Source: Guillardia theta CCMP2712
Lineage: Eukaryota > Protista > Cryptophyta
Reading direction: 5' to 3'
Assembly: GCF_000315625.1 (NCBI RefSeq)
Contig: NW_005434601.1
Location: 204,503 to 268,502, forward strand
Length of the DNA stretch: 64,000 bases
Positions 50,489 through 62,622 of this stretch are shown here, piece by piece. How positions within the stretch are numbered: the stretch's first letter is position 1; each line of letters starts with the position of its first letter. Below the pieces are notes generated by a model. It had not been told where the DNA came from, made no database searches, and was given only the letters and a program-made list of their open reading frames with translations. The position numbers and the translations under genes are program-made.

Positions 50489-53400
50489 AGGAGGAGAGAG
50501 GAGGAGAGAGATGGAAGCCATGCCTCTGTCGATGCCTTCTGGTCACTCCAGCTGCCGCTCTTGCTCAGGCACCTGCAGGAAGGTCAGACGATTCCTCGCC
50601 TCCTCGATTCAACTCACAGCCAGTGGGAGACAGTGTACTCCGAATCGTCCTGCAGGCAAGTGAGTGAGGGAGAAGAGGGGAGGAGCAGCATGGGCCGGAC
50701 ATGGAGGACGATGTGGATCAAGATCTCAAAGGGGACGAGGGACCATCGGGTAACTTCGTAGGGCTCAGCGTTGATGTCTATCTTGGCCTGCAGAGGACGA
50801 GGTCAGCACTAACGGTCGGGGGAGTTGTGGCTCAGGAAACCTGTCCCCTCCTGTCCGGGAAGAGGTCGAAGGAGACTCGTTTGATGTAGCGGGAAAGCGA
50901 GCTTCCGTTGGCCTCCCTCACAAAGGCTGTCCATGAATGCGCCTGAGGCTTCTCGTTCACCGAGGAGGTGGCGAAAGAGTCATGGTGGCTGGCATCCGGG
51001 GAGGCGGCAGGAGAGCGCATGATGGACTCGACCGGAGGGCTTCCCTTGCCGTTGTAGATGTTGCCCATGTGCAGTCGCAGGATCACGTTGACGTCAGTCT
51101 TGCCTTCGATGTAAGCGGACGGTCGAAGTCTGGGGGCGGTGCGAGAAGAGAAGCGGCTGATGCTGAGGTTGCGGCTGAAGGAGAGGGGTAGATCTTCGTG
51201 GACGGTCCGGTGGAAGGGATTGAGCAAGCCCTCTTTGGTGGGATCCGAAGGGGAGAGAGAGTTTCTGACGGGTGAGAGGTCCTGCAACTTACTTCACATC
51301 AGAGGACAGGATCAGGTCATTTTGAAAGCTCACCGAGCTCTTGGGAACAGTCGCATCCGCATTAGTGACATGTGAAGTTGGGTCAGTCCGTACTGAGCTG
51401 GGGGCTGTACACCATGACCACGAGACTTGCACCTTTGACCCCTGCTCCTCGAATTGACGTCGCAGCGTCTCCTTCTCCTGCTTCTCGATCTCAACCTTCT
51501 GTCTTAAGTAATCTGCTACGGCAGGTTGGCCCGTCGGCATCGAGACGGTGACCAAGTTGGCAGGGATCGAGTGCTTGAGGGACGACTCCTTGCGCCCCAA
51601 AATCTCAAACTCCTCCGCCGTCCCCCGCATGATGGGCCGCTTGAAGCCGCTGTCGATGTTTCTCTGTGACATGTGCTCCTTCGGCTTGAGTCTGATCTCG
51701 TACCGATTACCGTGGTGGGAATCCGTCTTGATCTCCATGATGAAGGAATCTTTGCCATCCTGGTAAGCTTTCTCCAACTGCCGGGCATCCTCGGGGTCGT
51801 ACAGCCGCCAATGTCTGTGATGTAAGAAGCGCCATTGAGTGGGAGCGACCGGCCTGCTGGCCTCAGGCTTCTCTGCCGGAGCTCCTGCGTGTTGATCTGT
51901 GAAAGGATGAAGAAGGGAAGGGAGAGGAGAACAAAGACAGGGTAGACATCACGGGAAGGGGTGGAGCGAGAAGTGAGTCAACTGACTTGGCAAAGTGAAG
52001 AGCTCACCTTTCTGACCTCCAGCACCCTCTCTTCCACTTGATGGAGGAACAACCTTGCCAACCACCAAATCTCTCCCAGCTGCTCCTGCCCCTGCCCCTG
52101 CCCCTGCCCCTGCCCCTGCCCCTGCTCTTGCTAATGCCCCTGCCTCTGCTCCTGCTCCTGCAACTGGACCTGCCGCTGCGACCTCCCTCCCAGCTGCTGC
52201 TGTCACACCGCACATCGCTGCGGCTGCAGGAGGAAGTTCCCTGACAGCTGCTGCAGGAGAAGCTCTTACACTGGGAGGCAACACATTGGCAGGAGCTGCG
52301 CTCCGTGCAGGCGTCTGCTGCAAATTCAAGTAACTGGCCCGATCGATGCATCTTTCTTCACATACCATTGGTAGACGATGCGCCATCTGAGTCTCGCTGC
52401 TCGCCTTCGGCTCCGTGTCCTCAGGATTTGACAGGAGCCAATTGGCGGCCAGCTCGACCTTGTTGTCAAACATAGAAAGAGCTCGAGATGATGTTTCCAC
52501 CGTCCAACCCATGTTGACAAGCTTAGCAAGAGCGTCGTCGTCGACCTGCACGAAACTTGAAGTGTCTGGAGCAGCCGAGAGCATCGCAGACTCAAGGCAG
52601 ACTCCGTTGAGCAGCTCCTCCTCCGTCACCACCGACGCGACCTCATGCTGGAACGAGGAGTCGCTCCCCTTGCTGCTCCCAAAATGTGGCTTGGAGAAGA
52701 TCTCGTTGAATTCCGAGTTGAAGGAGAGCTCTTCCCCTCTGGGGAGCGAGCGAATCAAGCTCGCACCAGAGTCCTCCCTCACCACTGCGGCAGGAACTCG
52801 AGAGACGACGAGATGGCTCGACGAGTCGTCGCTCTCTTGCGCATCCTCGAAGACGTCTACATCTTCGACCTCAGAGCTCGAGTGTGAAGTTACAGTCTTG
52901 GAGGAATCCATGGACCGCAAGACGTTAGTCGCTCTCTTCAGCTTCATCGACCTGTCGAAGCCGATAGTTCCACCCTGGTCTTGCGCATCCTCCCCTCGAA
53001 CAAACTCGTGCTTGAGCAACTCGGCCGAGTGAAGTCGCATGGCAGGGTCGGGCTCAAGGCACTTCAGTATGAAGTCTCTCCCTTCCTCTGACATGCTCCG
53101 TGGAGGAACCGGAGGCTTCGGAGCATTGGGCTTGTCCTTACTCAGTCGGCCGATGTTCCATATCAGGGCCATGTGGTTGGTGTACTCCTGGAAAGGAAGC
53201 TCCGCTGTTATCATCTCGATGGCAGTGATTCCGAGGGACCATATGTCAATGTTGTACGTGTAGTCTCTCTCGTTCTTGGCTCGAACGACCTCAGGGGCGA
53301 TGTAGTTTGGTGTGCCGACCGGTTGGACCGCCTTCAGTCCTCCACTTCCCTTCTGCAAGGTCGAAGTGACGCGCAATGATGAACCGAAGTCAGAGAGCTT

Positions 53401-54648
53401 GACGACGCCAGAGACCGTGACAAGAATGTTTCCTGGCTTAATGTCTCGGTGAATCACCGCGTTGCTATGCAGGTAGTGCAGGCCCTGCAGGATCTGCCGT
53501 GTGTAGTGCCGAAGAATGTCCTCTGACATCGCCCCGAAGGCTTGCAGGATGTTTGCAACGGATCCGCCCGGTACATACTCCATCCAGATCACAGCAAGGC
53601 TCTTGGATACAACTTTGGAAGCGATGTACCGCACGATGTTGGGGTGCTTGAGCTTCTCCAGCAGCGTCTTCTCCATGTTGTAAGTGTCGAACACATGCCG
53701 ACCCTTGTCTGATGATAGATCAAGTCGTTTGACCGCCAACAGGGTCCCATCACCTTTCATTCCCATGTGCACAGAACCGTAAGCGCCCTGCCCCAACAGC
53801 TTCCCTTGCTTCCATGTGATGGGCTCGTCGCAACCCTCGTGCGGAGGGATAGCGACGAGGGACAGCGGGTCTATGTCATCTTGCAGAAACACGATCCTCA
53901 GAGGCTTCAACTCCGACCAGTGACCTGATATCAGATACTTCTCCTTCATGTCCTCAAAGACTTCGTCGTTGTTCACTTTCACCACGTCGCCGTCAATATC
54001 TACATGATGCATCATTCGGGTAATATCTTCTTCCGTCAGATTCATAAAGAAGGCATCCAACACGGTTTGCAGGAACATGTTGTAAGTCACCCTGACGTTA
54101 AACTGTAGCAGACGATGCTCCTTCCCGAATTCAATCTTCACCTTGAACTCATTAGGTGAGTTAGAAAAATGGCTTTTCAACGCATTCGGACGATTCGCTC
54201 GCGGTGAAGCATCAAAAACAGAGTGGTAATCTCGATTAAACAGAAGTCTCCCCTTGTCCTGATCAAAGTCACCGATGGTATGATGGATTTCACGGGGCTG
54301 CATGATTTCCGAATTCATTCCCGGCTTCTTTGCTTCGACAGAGTCGCTATCCTGTAGTCCGGGTATCAAAACATTCTCGTTCGACCCTCCATTCCCGTCA
54401 TCAATCCCACTGAGTCGAGCAAGCAATCTTTCTTTCTCTCGCCGAATTTCAATGAGCCTCTTCTCTTCGTGCCTCAGCTCAAGAATATCACGCTCAAGCT
54501 CTTTGATCTGGTCGTCTGACATCTTGTTGCCACTGCTGGATGGCGAAGGAGTCGATCGGTTATTCGGCATGTTCTCGAATTTTCCCCTGAGACTGTCTAC
54601 TCGCCCTCTATCCCTCTCCATCTCTTGCTCCTCTGAGCCCGATTGCAT
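50319..54648 (-). CDS. STE11/MEKK-type MAP kinase kinase kinase with PB1-like, UBA, WWE and YEATS-like domains
   Basis: Kinase motifs WKQGKLLGQGAYGSV, LAVK, MEYVPGGS, HRDIKPGN, DFG, GTPNYIAPE. Phase-compatible GT-AG introns link it to WWE and YEATS-like exons. Confidence 0.85.
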
Positions 54649-55499
54649 TTTCAAGAAACTGGCGGTTCTTGTATCAACCCCTAGAGCGGTCCAACCAGTC
54701 ACGGAGGCTCAAACCTTCAACACTGGCATCCAAGATGGGTCCTCAAAGGGCTGGCATCGAGTTCAAACATCTCCGACCACCCTCGCCCCACATCTCATCC
54801 TGGCCAACGCTCCTGCCATGACGTATCAGAACCAGCCGTTCTGCACAGCAGCGCAATCCCTCCTGGTATTTCAATAGCTACATAACCGATGTGGGCAACC
54901 TTACCATCCTCCTACTTCAAATCGCTGAATTTCTTACAATGCCTCATCCTATTTCTCGCCTCCTCCTCGTCCTGCGTTTTCGGATAGCTATCGATCTTAC
55001 CAGAGCTCTGACCTCTCATCGTTTTCATTCCTCCTTTTCAATTTTCTCCAACTCCACCAATTGGTCTTGTCCCTCTTGTCTTGCTTCCCTCGTCTTCTCA
55101 CCGTCCTCCCATTATCCTACTTATCCGCTCCCCACACGTAGCCCAGACCGCACTCCGCCTCCTTCTGTCGACTCCTTCAACCAAGCAATGCCTCGTTTCT
55201 AACTTGCTTCTTTACTGTTATTCTCATCACAGTCTTATCGAATTCCTTCATGTCTCATATCACTGACTTTCAACTAACTGCACTTCTCTGTCGCAAGTCT
55301 CTGTCTCCTCTTTACTGTCCCTCCTTTCCTTCTGTCATAAACTCTTCCCGTTAGTTCTCCTCCTCCTCTTCTCCTTCTCAACCATTCTGCCTCTCATCCT
55401 CTCTCAAATTCGTTCCCTCATATCCTCTCCCTCTCCCTCCCTCCTCTTCCTCCTCCTCCTCACCTGCGTTGCTTACAGGGCTTCGACGCCATTTTTTCA

Positions 55500-56030
55500 A
55501 CCAACCCCCACCCCTCGTCTGGACATCATCTACCCCACCCAGTTAATACTACCCCTGCAACTTCTTGTGTGCCACCCCGAAAATGTGCACCCACCCCTAC
55601 TCAACGAATCTCCGCTATAATGAGTCACTACTACCCCTAACTTTCCGATGAATCACCCCCATCTTTTAGTCTTGGTTCTCCAGAAGGAAAACTCCATCAG
55701 CAACCACCCCCATTATAGAGTACCCCCACCGAAAGACCCCTCACCACTTATTGTTTACTACCCCTACCATACCATTCAAAGTTCACCACCCCTACCCCTG
55801 TCGACATACGTCCCCTCCCCAGATACATCCCCCTACCCCTCGTCTATCCCACCCACCCACCACGCCCACACAACCTCTACAAACTTTACCTCACCCCTAC
55901 CCTGTATCGATAGGAATAATCACCCCACCCCTTCAATTCTATCACTCCCCCGATTTTCCCCTACAAAAAGTTCTTGAAGATTACCCCTACCCCCTTGTTT
56001 CCACACCCCCACCCCACCCTTCACCGTCTG
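55500..56030. promoter_or_regulatory. TACCCC/CACCCC-rich tract upstream of the MAP3K gene
   Basis: About ten TACCCC plus many CACCCC words in ~530 bp; regulatory role inferred. Confidence 0.45.
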
Positions 56031-56106
56031 AGCTCGCAAGTTCCCCTAATGACGGAAGAGGAGGATCGGAGTAGTGGGAGGGCGAGGATGGAAAGATCAG
56101 CCGAGC

Positions 56107-57250
56107 ATGAGAAGGGACGAGAAGAAGGAAGAAGGAAGAAGAGAAGGTGACAGCGAGAGCATCTCCAGGAGCCATGAGATCATCAGATCTGCGATGGAAA
56201 GATACAGAAGGGAAGGACAGTGGTAAGGAAGGGCGAAGGGAAAGAAGGGAAGGGAGAGAAGGGGGATAGTTTGCGGTTTTACATGCTATCGTTCTTTGAG
56301 GCCACATTTGTTGTGCTTGAGAATTGAAGAGATTCGGCCTGAGGTGATACCACGATCCCATTGTTTGAAAGTTGGGGTGACAAAGTTGAAACAATGGAGA
56401 CCGTAACTATCGCTGTAAAACGCATTCCTGCTGGAGCTAGCTGACCACCATCCGTGCTCTTCGTTGAGTACATAGCAGCTGGGCTATGAGTGTTTATTGT
56501 TTGTTCTGTTAGCAAAGTGCGAGTAAGAGCTGTCAAGGGGTGGGGACGTGTCCGGTATGTTTTTCCAAGTAATCGTTGGCGGCTCCGCCGTTCGATCGTA
56601 ATTCCTGTGCAAGACAGTGAGCATAGAGAGGCAGCGCAGGCTACATCGTTCACATACGTTGAGTTCCTAAAATTCTTGAGTGAGTTCTCCATTGAACCGA
56701 TTGGTAGATACGTGTGTCCAACAATCTTCTGGAAAGGAACCCGCCAGTTCTGACCTGCATACCCAACCTCAACTGAGCCACAGCAAGTCAAACACCCAAG
56801 AGCTCTCCTTACCCGAGGAGATCTTCTTGCTGTTTGCTGTGTGTCGCTGGTGCCAGGACTCCCAATCACTCTGGCTCATTGTGATGGTTCGACACTGCTC
56901 CTTGGTAAACCCCACACGCCATGCGTCGCCATGCTCCGTCCTGTCTCATGTCAGCATGTAGCAGCCGAGGCCAACAGGACAACGACCTCCCACGAGAAAC
57001 GCGCAGAGAGGCTCGGGGGAAAACGATCCTGTGCTCCCAAGGACCAGATCGAGGCAGCTCAGTAAGGCAGGTCTCACCAGACAGGATCTTCTGACATCGA
57101 GTTATCAGCGCTTGCCCGCTAGAGGCAGCAAACTGTTGGCGAGAATGAGCTTCCTGCGAATGGAAGGTAAGCAAGGAGCGCGGTTGGTGACCTTGCAGTC
57201 AGATTTCACACCCTCTCCTCTCCCTCTGCACTTAGTTATCACACTTCCAC
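56107..57250 (+). CDS. Hypothetical multi-exon protein
   Basis: Plus-strand GT-AG-bounded open segments (..MERYRREGQW|PHLLCLRIEEIRPEV..); no family recognised. Confidence 0.3.
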
Positions 57251-57544
57251 TTAGTTTCTCACACTTCCATCCGATCAAAGAATTCTTCAACAAAAGACGT
57301 TGCCATCGTCATATCAATCATCGTCAGCAACTCATCATGGTCGCCTTTTTTTACCTCCCCCTCCATCCCGCAAACTTACACACATAACCAATGTCCCCGT
57401 GACCGCCACCATCAACATCTCATCATAATCTCATCGATAACGTAATTCTGCTTCTGCTCCTCTTGCTGAACCTGCTGCTCTTCGCCCCCTCCCAGCCCCC
57501 CCCTCTTCCGTCTCCCCTTCCCTTCCCCCTCCCCTCCCCTCTGC

Positions 57545-58320
57545 TTACCGGCATTTCGGCAACGGTCAAACGGTTGACCCGAAGACCCTGAGGCGCGCTC
57601 GGACCCGGTCGCGCAAACTGTCAGTGGCGGGGCCCGCCCGACTTGATCAGTTATAAATAAATATTATTTTAACTGGTGATACTGTATATTTAAAACTTTA
57701 TAGTTTTGTATTGATGGTACAGAAAACTAGCTAGTCAAAGTGGCACAAACAGCTTATCTCATACAGATTTGTATCTATCAATTATGACTCAATGATTGAG
57801 AATACTATATAAAAATTTGTAGATTGTATTTTATATTAAGTTATTAAATCTGTTGTATATCAACATGTACGACAGGTTTTGAATGAACTAGGGATCATCC
57901 TTCAGCTACATTATAAAAATAAATAAAATTTATTGTACCACAGCCCCATACACTTTCTAAAAACACATTTTTCCTGTCTGTGTGCTATCACGCACATAGC
58001 AAGCTGACTCGCCGAGGGGTTCCTTCCTGCAGGAGTCACAGGGGATGGGGGGTCTAATTCCTGTGGGTACTTTATAACCTTTAGAAATCAGGGGTGTATG
58101 CTGGTGTAAAAAGGGGCTCCGTGGTAAGAAAGAGGGTGGGGTCATAATTCATATGGGTGGGGTAGGATGTTTAGACCAAAAGTTGAACGGGCAACACCGG
58201 GCAGCAATAAAAACATATGTTATTGTATAAATTGATTACCAGAAATAATTTTATATCGTACCGAACACTATATAAACTTATAACAAATATTTTATATGTA
58301 TAATGCACCTTTTAAAATCT
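57545..58320. other. GC mosaic, then AT-rich block, then GGGGT tract (possible degenerate mobile-element remnant)
   Basis: Sharp compositional changes at ~57650 and ~58015. Confidence 0.4.
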
Positions 58321-58806
58321 TTTGTGACGGCCATCCCAGCCCCCATATCGATCCCCCCGCTATGCTGCCTCCTGCTTGCGCCGTTTCCTTCCCGCTCATT
58401 TCTCCCGCCCTCCTCCCTCCTCTCTCCCCGTTCTCCCTCCTCGTTTCTCTGCGTGTCACCGCCTCATGCACTCGATTGAGATTGATCCTTCTCTTGCTTC
58501 CCTTGTTCGGATCAGGCTAGTTGCCAAGACACTTGCCTTGCGCTCTATCCCGATCCTCTGCCCTCGCCCCCCAAACTTGCCCGGCCACCAGCGAAGTGTC
58601 ACCATGATTGATTTCATCCACGTGGCGTCTCTTGTCGCCCTCTTATCTTCAGTGTAGATGCTTCATGGTCTTTCTTTGTACCGATCCCCTCCAGGAATCT
58701 CGCAGAGCGCACAGAGGCAGAGAGTGCTGTAGATACACTTTATGATGACAGAGGACATCTTCGTCTGTTGGCAACAGTTCTCATCTTTCCAGCAGGAGCC
58801 ATCAGG

Positions 58807-61800
58807 ATGTTCCTCTTGCGATCAGCTGCTGTTGCCTCCTTCCTGTTAGCGTGCGGTCTCCCCTACTCATCTGCCTTCGTCGGCAGCGGACTCACTGTCA
58901 CGCCCAAGGGTGAAAAACTTTTCCCTTGCTCCTGTCTTCCTGCCTTCCTGCCTTCCTGCCTTCCTGCCTCCTTCCATCCTCTCTACCTTCTCCCCTCTGC
59001 TTGATTGCTTCTCGTCTCCTCTCCACTTTGATTGCTCCTCCTGTTCCGGCCGATCTGTTGCTTCAACACCCTGCTTCGGGCTTCCTCGTCTCATCCTGCA
59101 GCGCATGCCTCCTGATGTCCGCCAGCAGATGCTCGTCTCAGGACGGCTGTTTCAGCGACTGCGTCCCGTTCCACTCCGCTGGGGCTCAAAATGGAGGATC
59201 CTCTGCTCCTGAGAGCAGCCAGGGGGGAGAAGGTGGAGATGACACCGGTGTGGATGATGAGGCAGGCGGGCAGGCACATGCAGGCAAGCAGGCAGCGTGC
59301 GAGGTCGCAGCTCACGGGGGATGGCAGGAGTACCGGGAGCTCGTGAAGAAGTACCCTACCTTCAGGGAGAGGTCCGAGATACCTGAGGTCGCGACGGAGA
59401 TCTCCCTGCAGCCGTGGGAGGCGTACGGGGTGGACGGATGCATCCTCTTCTCCGACATTCTCACGCCCCTTCCTGGGATGGGTCAGTGGGCCATGGCGGG
59501 AAGGAGGATAGAGGAGGGGAAAGGGAGGAGGAGGAGGAGGAGGAGGAGGAGGCAGCCCGACTAACCAGGAGCAGGTGTGGAGTTCGACATCAAGGAGACG
59601 AGCGGGCCGAAGCTGAAGCCCCTGAGGACGAAGGAGCAGATTGACACGATGAAGATCTGCTCGGACTGGTCCACCTCCATGCCCTTCGTCAAGCAGACCC
59701 TCGGAGAGCTGCGCAAGAGGGTTCGTGCTTCTCCTCCTCGTCCCTTCCTCTGTGTCTCCTTCTCCTTGTCCTCAAGCTCCCAACCTGATGCTGAGGCCAT
59801 GCTCGCGCAGGTGGGAAACTCGGCGACTGTGCTGGGGTTCGTGGGCCTTCCGTTCACTCTGGCGACCTACTTGGTGGAGGGAGGAACCAGCTCTGAGTAC
59901 CTCGAGATCAAGAAGATGATGTGAGGGAGGAGAGGGGAGCGGCGCAGGAGCAGCAGGAGTGATGTGGCTGCTTGTTCAGGTACTATAATCCCTCCCTCCT
60001 CACGGCCATGCTGGAGAACCTTGCCGAGAACATCGGAAACTACGCGAACTTTCAGATCGAGGCCGGAGCTCAGGTGAGGAGAGGGAGGGGGAGGAGGGGA
60101 AAGGGAGATCAGGCAAGCAGGCAGGCTGGAGGGGAGGGAGGGAGGGGCGGGAAGGCAGGGAGGGAGTAGGGAGGCTCATTTGATGCGTCTGCCCAGGTCA
60201 TCCAGATCTTTGACTCTTGGGCGGGCTCTCTGTCCCCCGAGGACTACGACCTCTTCGCCTTCCCGTACCAGAAGATGGTTGTCAACGCCATCAAGAAGAA
60301 GCACCCTGATGTATGCTCCTCCTCGCATTCCTCCCCAGCACCACAGCCTCTACCACTCCCCTTCCTCTCCTCCTCCTCGNNNNNNNNNNNNNNNNNNNNN
60401 NNNNNNNNNNNNNNNNNNNNNNNNNNNNNNNNNNNNNNNNNNNNNNNNNNNNNNNNNNNNNNNNNNNNNNNNNNNNNNNNNNNNNNNNNNNNNNNNNNNN
60501 NNNNNNNNNNNNNNNNNNNNNNNNNNNNNNNNNNNNNNNNNNNNNNNNNNNNNNNNNNNNNNNNNNNNNNNNNNNNNNNNNNNNNNNNNNNNNNNNNNNN
60601 NNNNNNNNNNNNNNNNNNNNNNNNNNNNNNNNNNNNNNNNNNNNNNNNNNNNNNNNNNNNNNNNNNNNNNNNNNNNNNNNNNNNNNNNNNNNNNNNNNNN
60701 NNNNNNNNNNNNNNNNNNNNNNNNNNNNNNNNNNNNNNNNNNNNNNNNNNNNNNNNNNNNNNNNNNNNNNNNNNNNNNNNNNNNNNNNNNNNNNNNNNNN
60801 NNNNNNNNNNNNNNNNNNNNNNNNNNNNNNNNNNNNNNNNNNNNNNNNNNNNNNNNNNNNNNNNNNNNNNNNNNNNNNNNNNNNNNNNNNNNNNNNNNNN
60901 NNNNNNNNNNNNNNNNNNNNNNNNNNNNNNNNNNNNNNNNNNNNNNNNNNNNNNNNNNNNNNNNNNNNNNNNNNNNNNNNNNNNNNNNNNNNNNNNNNNN
61001 NNNNNNNNNNNNNNNNNNNNNNNNNNNNNNNNNNNNNNNNNNNNNNNNNNNNNNNNNNNNNNNNNNNNNNNNNNNNNNNNNNNNNNNNNNNNNNNNNNNN
61101 NNNNNNNNNNNNNNNNNNNNNNNNNNNNNNNNNNNNNNNNNNNNNNNNNNNNNNNNNNNNNNNNNNNNNNNNNNNNNNNNNNNNNNNNNNNNNNNNNNNN
61201 NNCCAGGCTCCCTGACTGCCTCTGTGAGCCTAGCGGATCGGACCGCACTCGGAGTCACCCGGCCGCCGGGTCACCGCCGGGCGGTGACCGGCGTGTGGCC
61301 GGCAGCCGCCGGCCCAGCCTCGGAAGTTCAGGCTCCTGTAAACCAACTTCGGACGACTTACGTGGCGAGGCGGCCAATGTAGCGTGTGTCTTGCTAAGCC
61401 TCGGTCCTCTCATGTCTGGATGCTTGGGTTTCACATCCTAGCATACAGTCTATCTCTCATGTGCTCCTCAATTCTGGTTTTGCCAGCCTGAGTGTGCATT
61501 AAACTCGGTCTTGAGCAAAAACTGTCTCAGGCTTGTTACAACTAAGGTTGATGTGATATCTGCGTAACTTTGGACTAGGACGTCGGAACACGGTGATGGC
61601 ATCGGGAGTCCGGGAGTCCCGGCCGCCGGCCCCCGGAGGCTCAGGGCACGTTGGCCTGCCCGGGCGCGGTTCCGGCCGGCTCCTCCTCCTCCTCCTCCTC
61701 CTCCTCCTCCTCCTCCTCCTCCTCCTCCTCCTCCTCCTCCTCCTCCTCCTCCTCCTCCTCCTCCTCCTCCTCCTCCTCCTCACAGATCCGTCAGGTCCCC

Positions 61801-62422
61801 ATCATCATCTACATCGCTAAGTCTGGGGCACACGTGGAGCGCATGGCCGACACTGGGGTTGACATCGTCTCGCTCGACTGGACCGTCACCATCGACGAGG
61901 CTCGTCGGAGGATCGGCAGAGACGTAGGCTGGTGGGGAGGAGCTGGGAAGGAGCTGAGAATGTTGGCAGATCGGCCTTCAGGGCAACCTCGATCCGGCGA
62001 TCCTCTACGGCCCCGAGCACATCATCAAGGAGCGCACAGAGAGCATCCTGAAGATGGCTAAGGGAAGGTGAGAAGTGTGTTGTGAGGAGGAGGAGGAGGA
62101 GGAGGAGGAGGAGGATGAGGAGGAGGAGGAGGAGGAGGATGAGGAGGAGGAGGAGGAATGGGTGGAACGTGAACGAAGGAAGGAGTGAGAGAGTTGACGG
62201 GGAGCGGAAAGGGAGGAAGGGTAGAGGGGATGCAAGTGCATGATGAGATGAGCGGGAGGAGGGAAGGAGTGGAGAGGGAAAGGAGAAGGTGGGAGGGAGG
62301 AAGGGATCTAAAGCGAAGGACGCAGGCATCACATCATGAACCTGGGGCACGGTATCGAGGCCACCACACCTCAGCCCAACGTGAAGTTTTTCGTCGACAC
62401 AGTGCACGCGTTCAAGCACTGA
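58807..62422 (+). CDS. hemE: Plastid-targeted uroporphyrinogen III decarboxylase
   Basis: [69 protein letters not shown]; N-terminal signal peptide ending SSA-F followed by a transit-like peptide. Confidence 0.95.
61333..61578 (+). mobile_element. Degenerate LTR fragment of the same family as 7359-7684, inside a hemE intron
   Basis: Collinear with 7410-7655; flanked by GC mosaic tracts 61203-61332 and 61579-61680. Confidence 0.9.
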
Positions 62423-62622
62423 GCTCGAGGGAGGGAGGAGCAGCAGCAGCAGCAAGCCCGGCAAAACCAACAGATCCGCTTTCTTAAATTCCTCGCACGA
62501 GTTGCGCAGGACTAACCGATGTGACCACATGCTATCAACAAGGAAAAATGATCTCCTGTTCTCCGCGCTCCTTCTCTTCGACCCCCGCTGGCCGCAAGTG
62601 GCTCTCAAGCCCGCTGCCCCTC

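Noticed and set aside
55500-56030. Interstitial telomere array
   Set aside because: C-run words are non-periodic, with no tandem CCCTAA/CCCTAAA units
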